A stretch of 64,000 bases of DNA, taken from contig NC_068984.1 of NCBI RefSeq assembly GCF_001194135.2, forward strand, positions 59,613,977 to 59,677,976, written 5' to 3'. Every line of letters starts with the position of its first letter. Position 1 is the stretch's first letter. Positions 1 to 12,400 of the stretch are shown piece after piece. The notes beneath the pieces were generated by a model. It made no database searches and was not told where the DNA came from. It saw nothing but the letters and a program-made list of their open reading frames with translations. A program made the position numbers and the translations under genes. The stretch is from Octopus bimaculoides. Lineage: Eukaryota.

Positions 1-1744
1 GACTGATTTATCATGAGTTGGGAAGTTGTGTGCCAGGGAAAAATATTCAGTGATTCTATATTCAATACTATGCATATTGTGACAGGCTGAAAACTAACTG
101 ATCACAAATGCATCACTGACCATTGAGCTATGTCCAGCTTAATCCCTATATAGGCATACTTAAAGTTGAAGATAGGAGGAAGATGGAGGAAAACACTGCA
201 GACTAATTTTACTTCAACAACTTGACCACAGAAAACCTTGGAATATATTTTCATATGTAGATGTGCAGTTTACAGATTTGTGGAGAAGTGAAACATGGTG
301 ATATTTCTTTAATTTAAATAACTCCAAGATGGAAAATTATAGTTTTTTTCCCAGTAAGTTAAATGTGATTAAGCCAAGGGCATGTAATATTTATCCTACT
401 ATTTTAGCACACACACACAAAAGTCAAATCAAAGCACAAGTCATGAGGGCACTTAAGGTTCATGAAAGGATTAACATTTTTTTTATTCAATAGATGGAAA
501 TGATAGTCAGACTGAAAAATCATGCAGATTAAATTGATGCCTGATGGCCTGAGATTTTATTTTATTTTATTTCCTTTTTTAGACGTATTTTCCATTATAA
601 TCGTCATGACAATAGTAGAAAGCAACATTTTATAAGTACATTGTAATAGCAAAAATATAAAGATAATTTAGAACTATAACATTACTAAATAACATTATCA
701 GTGATGAATTTTTCACATAGTGTACGTCTTCAGTTGTTATGTACAAATTTACAAATAAAAAGTCAACAAAAGTTCACATTTTTGAGTGGTTATCAGTACT
801 AAAAAAATTAAAAACATTCATTATCGACCAAATCATTACAAAAGAAACCTCTAGTTAACACAGTTATTAGAATCTTTAAAAATATATTTAAGGAACAATA
901 TAAAACAAAGAAACAAAAGGTATTATAAGAGATCAGGCAGTATAAAAAAGAATCAGTAACAAGTGCTATCGTGTACAGATAATTTTGCAGTGAGCTGAGT
1001 CTACAACTCAGTTTTGATTCATGGCTGTGTAGCCACTGCACATCACTTTGTGTGTGTGTGTATGTGTGTGTGTTTATATATATATAGCTAATACTCTTGA
1101 GGAAAGCATGAAAGTTATACAATCTCAATTCCTCATTCATATTAAATCTGACACTTTGTACCTAGTCAAAAGAAATCACTATTAATAGCATCAGAATGTC
1201 TTAGAGTCAAGTGTCACATCAGAAGAGGATATAATGATATTAACAATGTTTTATTTTCTTCTTTGCTTTCATTCTTATTCAGCTTTTATGTAGACTATTT
1301 ATTTTATCAATATATTTGGCAGCTACTGTAAAGTAAAAGGAGGTATGCTCCTGACAAACAGAATCTACTACAACATGGTTTTGATTTTTTTGCTATAACT
1401 ATTTCATTCCAATTCACATTTTGTCAATGACTTTAACAAAGCTGTGAACAAATAAGTCCTATTTTTGTCTTCACTGAAGTCAACAGGGATAATTGACTAC
1501 ACATTACTCATAACCTCTGATTATGAAAATTCAAGCAATTGACTATCACATTTGTATGAGATAGATAGATAAATAAATAAATATATAAATAAATAAATAT
1601 ATAAATAAATAAATAAATAATGGGTTGATTAATTATTACATATGTTGTAGCCAATATCTTGTAAATTTGACATAAGAAATATTTTGAAAGCAGCTTTGCT
1701 AAGTTGAAGCCAATATCTGAGAAGGCTGCATTCAGTAGCAGTGG

Positions 1745-2230
1745 CCATTGTTTTTGTTTACCCCCAGGTCAGCTCTGATCTACCAGACCTATGATCAAAA
1801 TATTCCAGTCATGGCTATCTCTTATTTTTTAAGATGACAGGATGTGACGAGAATGAAATTTGGCTGCAATTCGGATTGTTTAGACCTAGGTCAATTCTAG
1901 TTGATTTGACTTCTGATCAAAAGCATTTCAGCCCATGGCCATGCTGTCTGTGTCTCAGACAATATATATCTCGGACTACATTATCCAATGTGTCCTTCAC
2001 TTTCAAGATAGTTGGCTGTTATTTCTAGACGTTTGAGTGACCATATAAAAGCTCACTCATTGATTCAGAGGTGATGGTGGTGGTTGGTGTTTAGCCCCCA
2101 GGTCAGCCTTGATCATGCAGACCTATGGTCAAAAGCTTCCAGTTGTTGTGACCAAGATAGAGTGGGGTGGGTGATTCAAGGGAGAATTGACTGTTATTAG
2201 TAGCAAGTTAAGCAACCATGTAGAATCTCC
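1745..2230 (+). repeat. two copies of an unclassified interspersed repeat (ccccaggtcagc...gacctatgatcaaa...ccagccatgacc family)
   Basis: The same motif chain recurs at about 3455-3650, 4770-4955, 43690-43890, 52660-52990 and 60975-61070 (+), and at 55940-56050, 59085-59225 and 62000-62190 (-). Confidence 0.7.
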
Positions 2231-5200
2231 TTCATTGAATTTGTAGTGTTACATGGTGGCACAATTCTTATGAATATATTTCATTTATTCAGTTATATTT
2301 TTGGTATATATTATTATTGTATTTCTGTTTGCCAGAAGCAACCTGACTTCATAGAATAAAAATATATCATTTCATATCCTGAAACAGAAAACAAGTAGTT
2401 TATTATATTAATAATTATTATTTGTATCATATTAATTATCACTATGTCAGGTCACTGATTTCAAGTTCTGTATTGAATTAAGAGTGAGTAATAAATATCT
2501 CTCTCTAAAAGTTTTGATGACAAAAATCAGCATTCTTCTTATTCAGAATTGGTTGTCTGAAATATCAAAACTATTTTGTTTTGTTACATCTATAAGGAAG
2601 TGAATACAAAAAAATATTAGAGTAGACATTGTATCAATAATTTCAATCACACAATTACTAATTCACAGTTATGTATACCAGGGGACATATATATTCTAGG
2701 TGTGCAAGATGAGTGCTGTACACCTACCAAAGATGGTAAATTTTCTTTATAATTTTGTTCTTGCAGTAACATGATATAATCTGACTGTAAATTGTTTTCA
2801 AATATAATAATACATACTCAGACACAAAGATTACATTGGGTTGAAGTCATATTATGCATAAAAATATGTTAAAGTTTGTATGTTTATTTTCGAGTAGTAG
2901 TTAATGCCAAAGTAGGCTCAACACATTAGCACACCATGTGACAACAACTGCCATATGCTGTTGTTGATATATATACATCTATATATGCATGTATAGGTAT
3001 GCACATATACCTAAATACATATATGTATATACATACACCTAAAAATATATAGATATATATACACACATACATATGCACGCACACACAAAAATACATTATA
3101 TATACATACACTCGTGCACAATGTGTGTGTGTGTGCATGTGTGTGAAAAAAAATATATGTATATATATATTTATTATATATGCAACAATTGCTTATTATA
3201 TTAGTGCTACTGATCAGGAAGTGTATAGGACAAACTCTGGAATGCCGTGACACTGAAAAGCTAATTATTAATGGTTACCAATTTTTGCTTGCTAAACCTC
3301 TTTCATTAAGGATCTATAACTAAGATCACTGAATTAGTTATACTTTATACACTTTGTAATTATGTATACGGGGAACATAGAAGAGTAGTTTGAATTTGGA
3401 AAAGGCATTTAAGTCACCCTTTCCCATTTCCCTTCATCTATAAAACGTGAAGTTGGTTTTTAGCTGTCGATCAACCCTGACCAAGCAAAATCATGATCAA
3501 ATTTACTCCAGCCATGACCATCATGTCTTTTTCAAGGTTTTGTAGGATTACATTATCTAATGTATCCTTTCCTTATTTAAGATGGTATGGTGTGATTTGA
3601 CAGGGATTTGGTTGTCATTTCTAGCAAGTTGAGTGATCACATACAGGCTTGTAAACTATGAGGTTGTATTCCTTATGCAATAAAAAAAAACAGATTAAAT
3701 ATTAGATTAAGTAAATTAAAATCTCACATATATGCCGGTATTCAATCTGTTTCTCTGGCACTTGACAAATTATATTTGGTTTACTGCTTAAGTTAAGAAG
3801 ACAGTCTATATAACACTCCATTTATTTCAAAAGATATATTTACAAAATTACCTTTCTGAATACTGTGAATAAACTCGACCAGTTCAACTTCTATCATGGG
3901 TAATTGCATTCTAACCATGTCAAAACTGGAGGCAATATACACTAAATGTCAAACATGATTAATAATATTGCAAATAGTAATGACATGGTTAGAATTAAAC
4001 TACATTTATATTCATAATGTAGCAAGTGGCGTAAGAGTAGAAGGCAAGCCCTCAGCATGCCAAGTCTACAACTTGGTTTCAATTCCAAGTAGTAGCTGTT
4101 TCACTTCACTTACGTCACCAAAACCTTTTGAAAAGGCACGAACATTACAAGTCTCATTTCCCCCTACCTCTAAGTCAATGGGGCTACTGTTGCCCCATTG
4201 GAGAATACCTTTTATGATGAAAAAGTCAAGCAAATGACTATTTATCACATTTTCATGTGATAAATAAAGCACTGAATGACTAATTTTCATATGTTGTTCT
4301 AAAATTTGTGAACAACAGCGAAACATTTCTTATGTTGTCTTTTTTCTCTTCTTCTTGGAGGTGAGGGAAAAGAATTTACTCCTCTTTTGGAGTGATAAGT
4401 CCTTCCCACAATGAATATTACTGATTATATTTACATCGAGGAAGTAATCTGCTATTTCAGCCAACACCATGTTGACAAATAGGCAGATAATATAAAATAT
4501 AAAATACAATAAACCTGTGAGAGATGTTGAAGTAGTTAAAAGTATTCAGTGTTTCTTTTTTCTTCATGGTCAAAGAAATCAAAGTTTGAAATGAATATGA
4601 AAGGTAATTAATTTATCTTAAGAAATAACCTTCAATTAACACTCATTATGACTGAAGATCTTATCAGAGCATCTACACTAAAACTTTCAATGAAATTTTT
4701 TCAAAATAAAGATGTGTAACAAAAAAAAAAAAGTGCTTTACTCGACTTACTAAATGCAAGAAGGCTGAAGCTGTTTAGCCCCAGGTTAACACTACTCAGA
4801 TAGACTTATGATCAAAGGCACTCTAGCCATGACCAACTTGTCATTTTTTTATATATAGTTTCCCTTGGACTACATAATCTAATGTCTCCTTTTTTTAAGA
4901 CAGTCAGGTATGGCTTGAGAGAGATTTGGCTCGTAATTCTAGCAGGTTACCTACCTTGTTATGTATAACAAGGTATCAAATGCATGTCAACAAGAAATGG
5001 CAGTTTCAGCCTTGAGAGAACTGCACTAGTTTGATTATTTGATGACCAGGAAATGAAATCATTTTAAAATACTTAAGTAATTCTATTACAAATGTCATAG
5101 ACTTTCATATTATAAAGAATCTCTTTTGTTGTTTGTATTATTGATGTTGTATACAAGAAAGAGTAGTAGACTAGCACTCATTAGTATGATTATGATAACA

Positions 5201-5561
5201 AAATGGACCACTTGGGATACCAATACTAGAATAAATGCCTGCATTGTGAATGAATTGTACTTATATGAAAACAGCAGGGGAAGATATAAGCGTTGAATCT
5301 AATTTGTCAGTTTTAACCAAATGAAATAGCTATTGTAAAAATTATATTTACTATCATTAATATGTTTTTGTTTTTTAAATAAAAGACATTGTTTTTAAGC
5401 TCACAATACTAACAAGCAAAGTTGACGATTTTTTATAGCGTTAAAAAAATAAAATAAAATGAAATATAAAACTCAAGCAGCACCATGAGATTGGCAATAT
5501 TTAGTTGATTTTTTTTTTTACACATACTGACATGAAATTAAATGCAAAATCAGAAAATAGA

Positions 5562-6402
5562 TTTATTAACATTTTTTTCCACATTTTAGTTTTTATGAGA
5601 GAGAACCCATCAATTCCAAACAGTTTTTTTATTTTTCAGTCTTTAACTGTTTGCAAAGTTAATGGAATAAATTACCAGCACTGATGTTGATCTCCTCATC
5701 AAGGTGTTTGAACAACCAATGTGTGCTTCTAAGCAACAAATAATCTAAATGGTGAAGTTTTTCTGATTTTTTTTTCCTTAAGCACACAACATGCAGTACA
5801 GTTTTTTTTTTCTTTCTTTTTGTAGCAAGGGATGTTAAACCCTCTGCAGGTCCAAAATGATTTTACAGATTTAAAAAAAAAAAAAAAGGAAAAAAAAAAA
5901 AACCTGGTTCTTGCCAAAATGATGCATTCAGATTTAGTATTGAGTTGATCGAATTTACAAGCCCCGAAATATGATGAAATGGATGAACAAGAAATATATT
6001 GCACACCCATATTTTATTCTAATGCATAATGTATCTCTATAGCGCACAGTAACGCCAGCTTCGGAGATGAATTTACAACAATTGCACAAAAACATGAGAT
6101 GAAATAAATAAATCATTGGTCAAGTTTTGACCAATATGTTCTTAAATAATATTTAAAAAAAAAACAAAAAACAAATATTGTTTTCACAATGGAATTGTAC
6201 AACCTAAACTTAGAGCTCACTCTGTTTCGAATTGCCTGTGAGAGAAAATTATTTTTGTATAACAACTTATTTGTTGATTGTTTCGACTTTCTCTGACTGC
6301 AACCATAGCAAGTTCAGCATTCTGTTCAGAAATAAGCGTTATCCAAAGTAGTGCGCTGGTCAATATTTGCCTATTTTTATTTCCGCCATTTTTACAGTTC
6401 CA
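5562..6402 (-). other. APC: APC 3' UTR (approximate; may extend further)
   Basis: AU/U-rich sequence after the TAG, with minus-strand AATAAA at 6013-6018 and 5562-5567 (the latter followed by U/GU-rich sequence). The true cleavage site is unknown. Confidence 0.4.
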
Positions 6403-9400
6403 CTATACAGTTGTTACACGGCAAGCTCTTCTAGTCTCATCTTCATCTCCAGCATCTTCCATTTTTGTCATGAAGTTTTGTCGCCGCCGTGCAAGCAACA
6501 TTTCAGTTTTTGTTGCATGTTTTGAAGGAGATGGAATTGATGATCGTTTGTTCCCATTTGTGACTGCCTTTGCCAAGATTCTGTTTTGATCAAAGTTATT
6601 GTTTTGTGATTTGGCACTTGGAGTGTAATTAAATGGCGACACAATAGCTGCAGATATTGAGCATGCTGGATTAGTTCGGACTTCTGAGCATATTGCTCGC
6701 TTTAGTTCACTCTGCGGAGAAATCAGTTCAGATTTCCAAACTTTGGCTTCAGAAGGCAAAGAGTCTATCACAGTTTCTTTTGAAGCAGTTTTGTTTTGCA
6801 AAGGCATTTTGGTAGCACAGTTCCCTTGTCGAGGGGCACTGCCTTTTCTGTCTTCTGTCTCTTTCACTTCACCGCAGTTATTATCAAGTAACATTTTATT
6901 CTCTGCTTCTCTTATCATTTCATTCCGTTTCACCCATACATCTTCATTGTTCCCATCAAATTCTTGCTGTTCACTTAATGAATTATTGTTTCTCCAGCTT
7001 TCATCAGAAGTCATGCTGTTTAGAGATTTTTTAGAATCTGACATTTTCTCCTGAACTCGGCATGTTTGATCAGCATCTGGTAAACTTTGAGCCTCGGAGC
7101 GAGACTTCTGAGTTTTCCAGGTACCTGAATTTGTTTTGGTCATTGTGAAAGTGATATCTTCATTAAAACTATCTATATTTTTATTTTCTTTTGGACTACT
7201 TATAGGACTGATGCTTTTCACAACTGAAGAATTATTCTCATTAAGTTTTTCTGTTACTACAGAAGAATTATCTGCAAAGGAACTTAGTTTATCATAAGTA
7301 TGTGTTCGACTTAATCCTTGTTGTGTTATAGGTGGAGAGGATGATTTCTTGTTGTTGGAAATTCGAGGTGGAACTAGACGGCTACGTTGACCACCTCCTG
7401 TAGAATGTGACCGTTGCTGACGAGGTGGCTTGGTAGGCTTGGACTCTGGAGAGGAAGCAGAATCATTAGATGATTCGTTCCGTTTCCAAAGGCTCGCAAT
7501 CTTACTGGCCACCGGTTTCTTGCCAGTACTGGACGACCGACGGTTTTCATTAACTGTCGGAGTTCCTTTAGAAGGTGGGCTTGTTTCAGACTTTTTAGAC
7601 TGAGCATTTCCTGGAGAGATGCTTTGATTTTTGCTTAATCCTAAGCTTCCTCTCTTTCCTGTTGGGGTTGAAGGACGAGAATTGTCACTAGCTTTTTTAA
7701 GACTAGCATTGCTATCAGTTTTCTTGAGACTAGCATTGCTATCAGCTTTCTTTAGACTAGCATTACTGTCTGAATTTTTTAAACTTGTTTTACTGCTAGT
7801 CTTGCGTAAAGTTCCTGTTGATCCACTATTACTTTTATCCAAATTACTCCCATTACTTTTAGGACTACTTGAAGGAGTATTTTTCTTCAGACTTCCAATG
7901 CCAGATTTGTTTGATGTTGTATTACTGCGACTACCACCCTTACCAACAGGGGAAGTAACTTTAGTTGGGGTATTTTTAGTAGGGGTTGTGTTAGTGCTTG
8001 ATTGACGAAGAGCTGGAGGAGCATCACGAGAATTTCTTTGCCGCTGAATTTGTTCAAATGGCGCATGAAAACCTTGTTCGTGTGAAGTGTCTACTAAAAA
8101 GTTAAATGAACCTAATGCTTTTGTCCATGATTCAGGAGGTGTTGTATCAGAATTCCTTTGGCTTCCTGTAGAGCCTCCAGAGCTTCTTGGACTAGAGGAT
8201 GTTTTCCTTTCTCTGAGTTTTACAGTTGAAGTGTCAATGTCACTCTTGTTCTCATTTTTATCAGATTCACTGGCTGACTGTTTATCCCCACTAGAAGCTG
8301 GAGTTTCTTTGGTAAAAGTTCCTTGTTTTATTGGGGGTTTGGGACGTTCAATTTGTGTAGAATGACCCCCTCGGTTAACGCTACTGTCTCGTGCTGGTCG
8401 TTCACTGTTTACTACAGGTAATTTAGACCCAGCTGATTGTTTGGTAGTTTGGGACTTTAATGGACTCCCAGGAGACATGCTTCTTCCTCCTCCTCCAGAA
8501 GAACGCCGGACATTTGTGGTTCGAGGGTTTACCTTGTTTACAGGAACCTCAGATGACATGGCGTTGGTGTTTTTGGTTACAGTTTTCTTAGGACTATTTG
8601 GATTAGATTTTACTGGACCTCCTGGTTGGCGAGTAGAAGCTGGACGAATAACACGAGAGTTATCAGGTTTTGAATTTAGTGTTTTTACTGGTGTTGTTGT
8701 TACTGGATTTTTACGACTATATAATGGTTTTCGTCGACCTCTCACTGATTTATTACTTTCCGGATCAGATTTGTCTGATGATGGCTGAGAATGAGCAGAG
8801 GGTTTCACAATACGAGCTCGTCTGCTGCTAGCTTCTGAATGAGATAAAGTTGATGTTGAATACTCACTCAAGTCTTCTGAGTTCTTAGACCATGTCACTG
8901 AAACCTCTGATGCTGTATCAGACGTGTAGTCATTTGAGACTAGTGATATACTCTCATTTTCAATCAAAGAATCTTCATCAAATGTGCTGCTGGATAGCTC
9001 TCTTTTAGTAATGAGTTCACAAACAACAAGACTAGCATTCTCTTCAAGAGCTCGTTCCTCTTCAGGAGAGATTTCATGCTCAAAAGAGTTTCTGTCCTTG
9101 TCTTCATCAGTTATATTATTGCTTTGTTCTTCAGCCAAATTGATGTCAAGAACATCTTCATGTTCTAACTCATCAGAAACATTTGTCTCATCAGAGTTCA
9201 TATCATCAGGAGAAGATGACATCATAATACTATCACTATGGCTTTTACTTGGTTTTAGCTCACAGTGGCTGTCATCAGCAGCATCTGATTTCTCACTGTC
9301 TACTTTTTCAATGCTTCCATTTGAATCTGCACCTATTGATTGTGGCAATGAGCTGACCATTTCAATTTCTTGCATCGATCTTTGCTTCTCTTCCAACAAA

Positions 9401-12400
9401 CGGTTATCTTTGGGAACCGAATCATTTTGCTCAGTTGTCTCCCCCAAACCAAGAAATGGCCGATTCGAGAGAGAGTTAGCTTGTGCAATCTCATGGTTAG
9501 AGTAGTCCTTCTTGCGTTTGAGAAATCCATCGCTGTCTTGGGATTTTGATCGACACCAGCCAAATCTTTGCCGGGCATCAACAGCAGGATTTGTGGAAAA
9601 ATCACTGCAGGATTTGGTTGATTTCCGTAAACTCTCATTTTGAACATTGTTAGCATTTGTGATTTCATTGCTACTATTAACATCAAGCCTTCCTTGACCA
9701 TTTGATATATTGGGTACCATTGATGTCTTCACATGTTTCATGCTATAATCTTCTGAAGAACGAGACATCAAAGATTCACTTCTTGAAACACACAAAGATG
9801 TCTTATCTTTTTCAACTTGGTCTGACTGAGGAATTGTTCCAGGAGAATTTAAAGTAGGTAGTCTAGAGCTCTTTGATCCTATTTTATCTGACTTGCTCTT
9901 ATCTCCTCTTGGCATGGCAGAGTTAATGCATTCTTCAAGAAGAGCTTCTTCAGTGAGTGAAAAATCATTTGTTACTGATTCAATACTCAGTGAACTCAGA
10001 GAGCTATTTCTAGAGAAACATAATGGGGTACCTTCCACCTTAAATGAAGCCTTCTGGTCAGGTAGACCTAGCTCTGGTCCTATTTGTTTAGTGGAAGAAA
10101 CTTTAGCCAAAGGACTTTCCCTTTGGCATTTGTTTTTGTAGGAGTTTGTTGAAGAATTGCGAGAATAAGTATCTGGTGTGTCTTCTATTGCAAATTCTTT
10201 TGGTATTTCATCACTAAGATAACCCTCAGGGTCCATTAAAGCGGGTCGAATTTCTTCACTAGACTGCCCCACTACATGGCGACCCAGTTCTGTACCAGGA
10301 ACACCAGTGCCATCTGGGGATTGTTGATAATCTTTTCGACCAGTATCTGCTTTCCAACGTTGTCCAAGAGAAGGTGAGGACTTGTTCTTACCTTGCTTTG
10401 CACTAGGATGATGACTTAGAGACACATCCTCTGTATCATCACAACTAAGTGAGCTAAGCGAGTCGTTCCGAGAGAATGTTATTGGTGTTCCTTCCATCAT
10501 GTAATGTTTGGGGGAGTCTGCAGCTGAATTCAAAGCAAATATAGAGTCATCTTTATTTGGAATGGTGTAATTAGGGTCTCCAGGTTTTGATTTTGAATTC
10601 TTTTGTATAAAACCCATGTCAAGACCATCTATAGAATCAATAGTTAAATCACTTAGAGAAGTGGCATTAGAAAAGTTAATCGGAGTACCCTCTACAGCAT
10701 AAGTCTTGACTGTATCTGGATTCATACTGATGCATTTCTTTTCCTTTAATGGTGAAATTTGGAAAGGGAATTTTTCTTTGCTCTCTGAACCCTCTGCAGT
10801 TCGATCAATCACTGTTGGCTTACGACCGACTTTTCCCTTTGGTTTTGCTGACTGAATAACTTCTGAGAGTAATTTATCATTCTCATCGCAAACTGAACTA
10901 TTATCAGACTCTTCAGCTTCTTCATGCTTAGGTTTTAATGGAGCATTGTCATGTGTAAGTATACTCAGATCACTTAATGATGTAGTTCGAGAAAAGTTCA
11001 GAGGGGTTCCTTCAGTGGCATAAGATTTGACAGCATCAGTATTGAGAAGATCTTCCTCTTGTTTGCAGACAGATACAGACCGAAGACAGCTCTTCAGTTT
11101 CAAAGAGCCATAGTTTGTACGTGCATTATTTGATACAGACTTTGTTGGAAGTTTGCTTTTGTTATTAGTTGCACTTTCAGTCTTCCATGATTCAGACTTT
11201 TTCTTTAGTGCATTATCTGAGGTGCTTCTTCGAATCTTTTTACTCGAGTTACTTGGCATAGCTGAACTAATACACTGTGCCAGAATATCTTCTTCACCTT
11301 CTGACACTTCTGACATAGAAGAATTCTCTTTGTCTTCTTTCTCGGAAATTTTCTCAGATTTCCCATCCTTAATTGCTGTCTTGATATGTGTTTTCTTGCC
11401 TATCATTTGAGGTTCATCATCACTAAAGGTCAATGCACTTAAACTGGTTGTTTCAGAAAAGTTTGGTGGAGTACCTTCTGTATTGTAGACAATGGGGGAA
11501 TCCAGTTTCCCAATGTCAGAGATCAGTTCACCTTTCAGTACATCAGCCAATGTTCCTGAAGTAGGTTTGGCTCCAGTTGCATTTGTTGGGTCCCTTTCAG
11601 GGGCTTCAACAGTAAACTCTTTCATCTCTTCCATAGTTTCAGGCTCCTGGTCATTGACACTAGAACATTTTTCAGCAGCTCTTTTCCGTGTAGGACTAGG
11701 TGGGAAAGTTTCACTGGGAGAGTCAGGGAGCTCACTTGGAGAGACAACTTCACTGGCTCGCCGGCTATATTCACTGACAACAGAACTGTGTACAGAGTGA
11801 GCCTCAAAACTACTTAATGAACCTAGAGAACTACACCTGGAAAACATCAGTGGAGTCTCTTCAACCATGTGATTTTCATCAAAAGTAACAGTCTTCTGTT
11901 CTCGATCACTTGGAGAACCTGCATCAGGCAATGCTCCAATTGACTCTGATGGTTTCTCTGCATCATCTACACTTAGTAATTTTCGTTCTATGTTAACGAT
12001 GTCAGAACCAGTCTTTTCAGAGATAGTAGTTTTCTGAAGTTCCTCACTACATTCATTTTCATCAATACTTTTGAGTACATTGGTCCTGGGAAGGTTTTCA
12101 TGATCTCCAGCTTCACTGCTATGGAGGCTGCTAATTGGGCTCACTTGTGAATAGCTGATAGGCGTGCCCTCATCACAATAGGTTTTCATTTGGTCAGCTG
12201 CTCCTTCACAGGGATCTTCCAGTATGTCTACATCAATAGGATTTTCTGTTGGTGCTTTTGAGGAAACATATTCTTTAACACATTGTATAGATGATCTAAA
12301 TGTTGGAATTCCACTCACATGTGTATTTGAACCACGTTTTATTTTCTTGTTATTGTTGGTGATGTTGTTGTTGTTATTGTTATTGTTCCCAGTTTTCTCC

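Noticed and set aside
138-206. Plus-strand frame LNPYIGILKVEDRRKMEENTAD* after tgtccag
   Set aside because: No polypyrimidine tract, no recognisable homology, and too short to support.
2926-3253. HT/YI/CV-rich ORFs here and at many other places (33876-34192, 43175-43574, 44369-44740)
   Set aside because: They are translations of CA/TA microsatellites.
12350-12385. Poly-Asn tract (NNNNNNNITNNN) in APC
   Set aside because: A simple AAC/AAT microsatellite in a disordered linker, common in this AT-rich genome.
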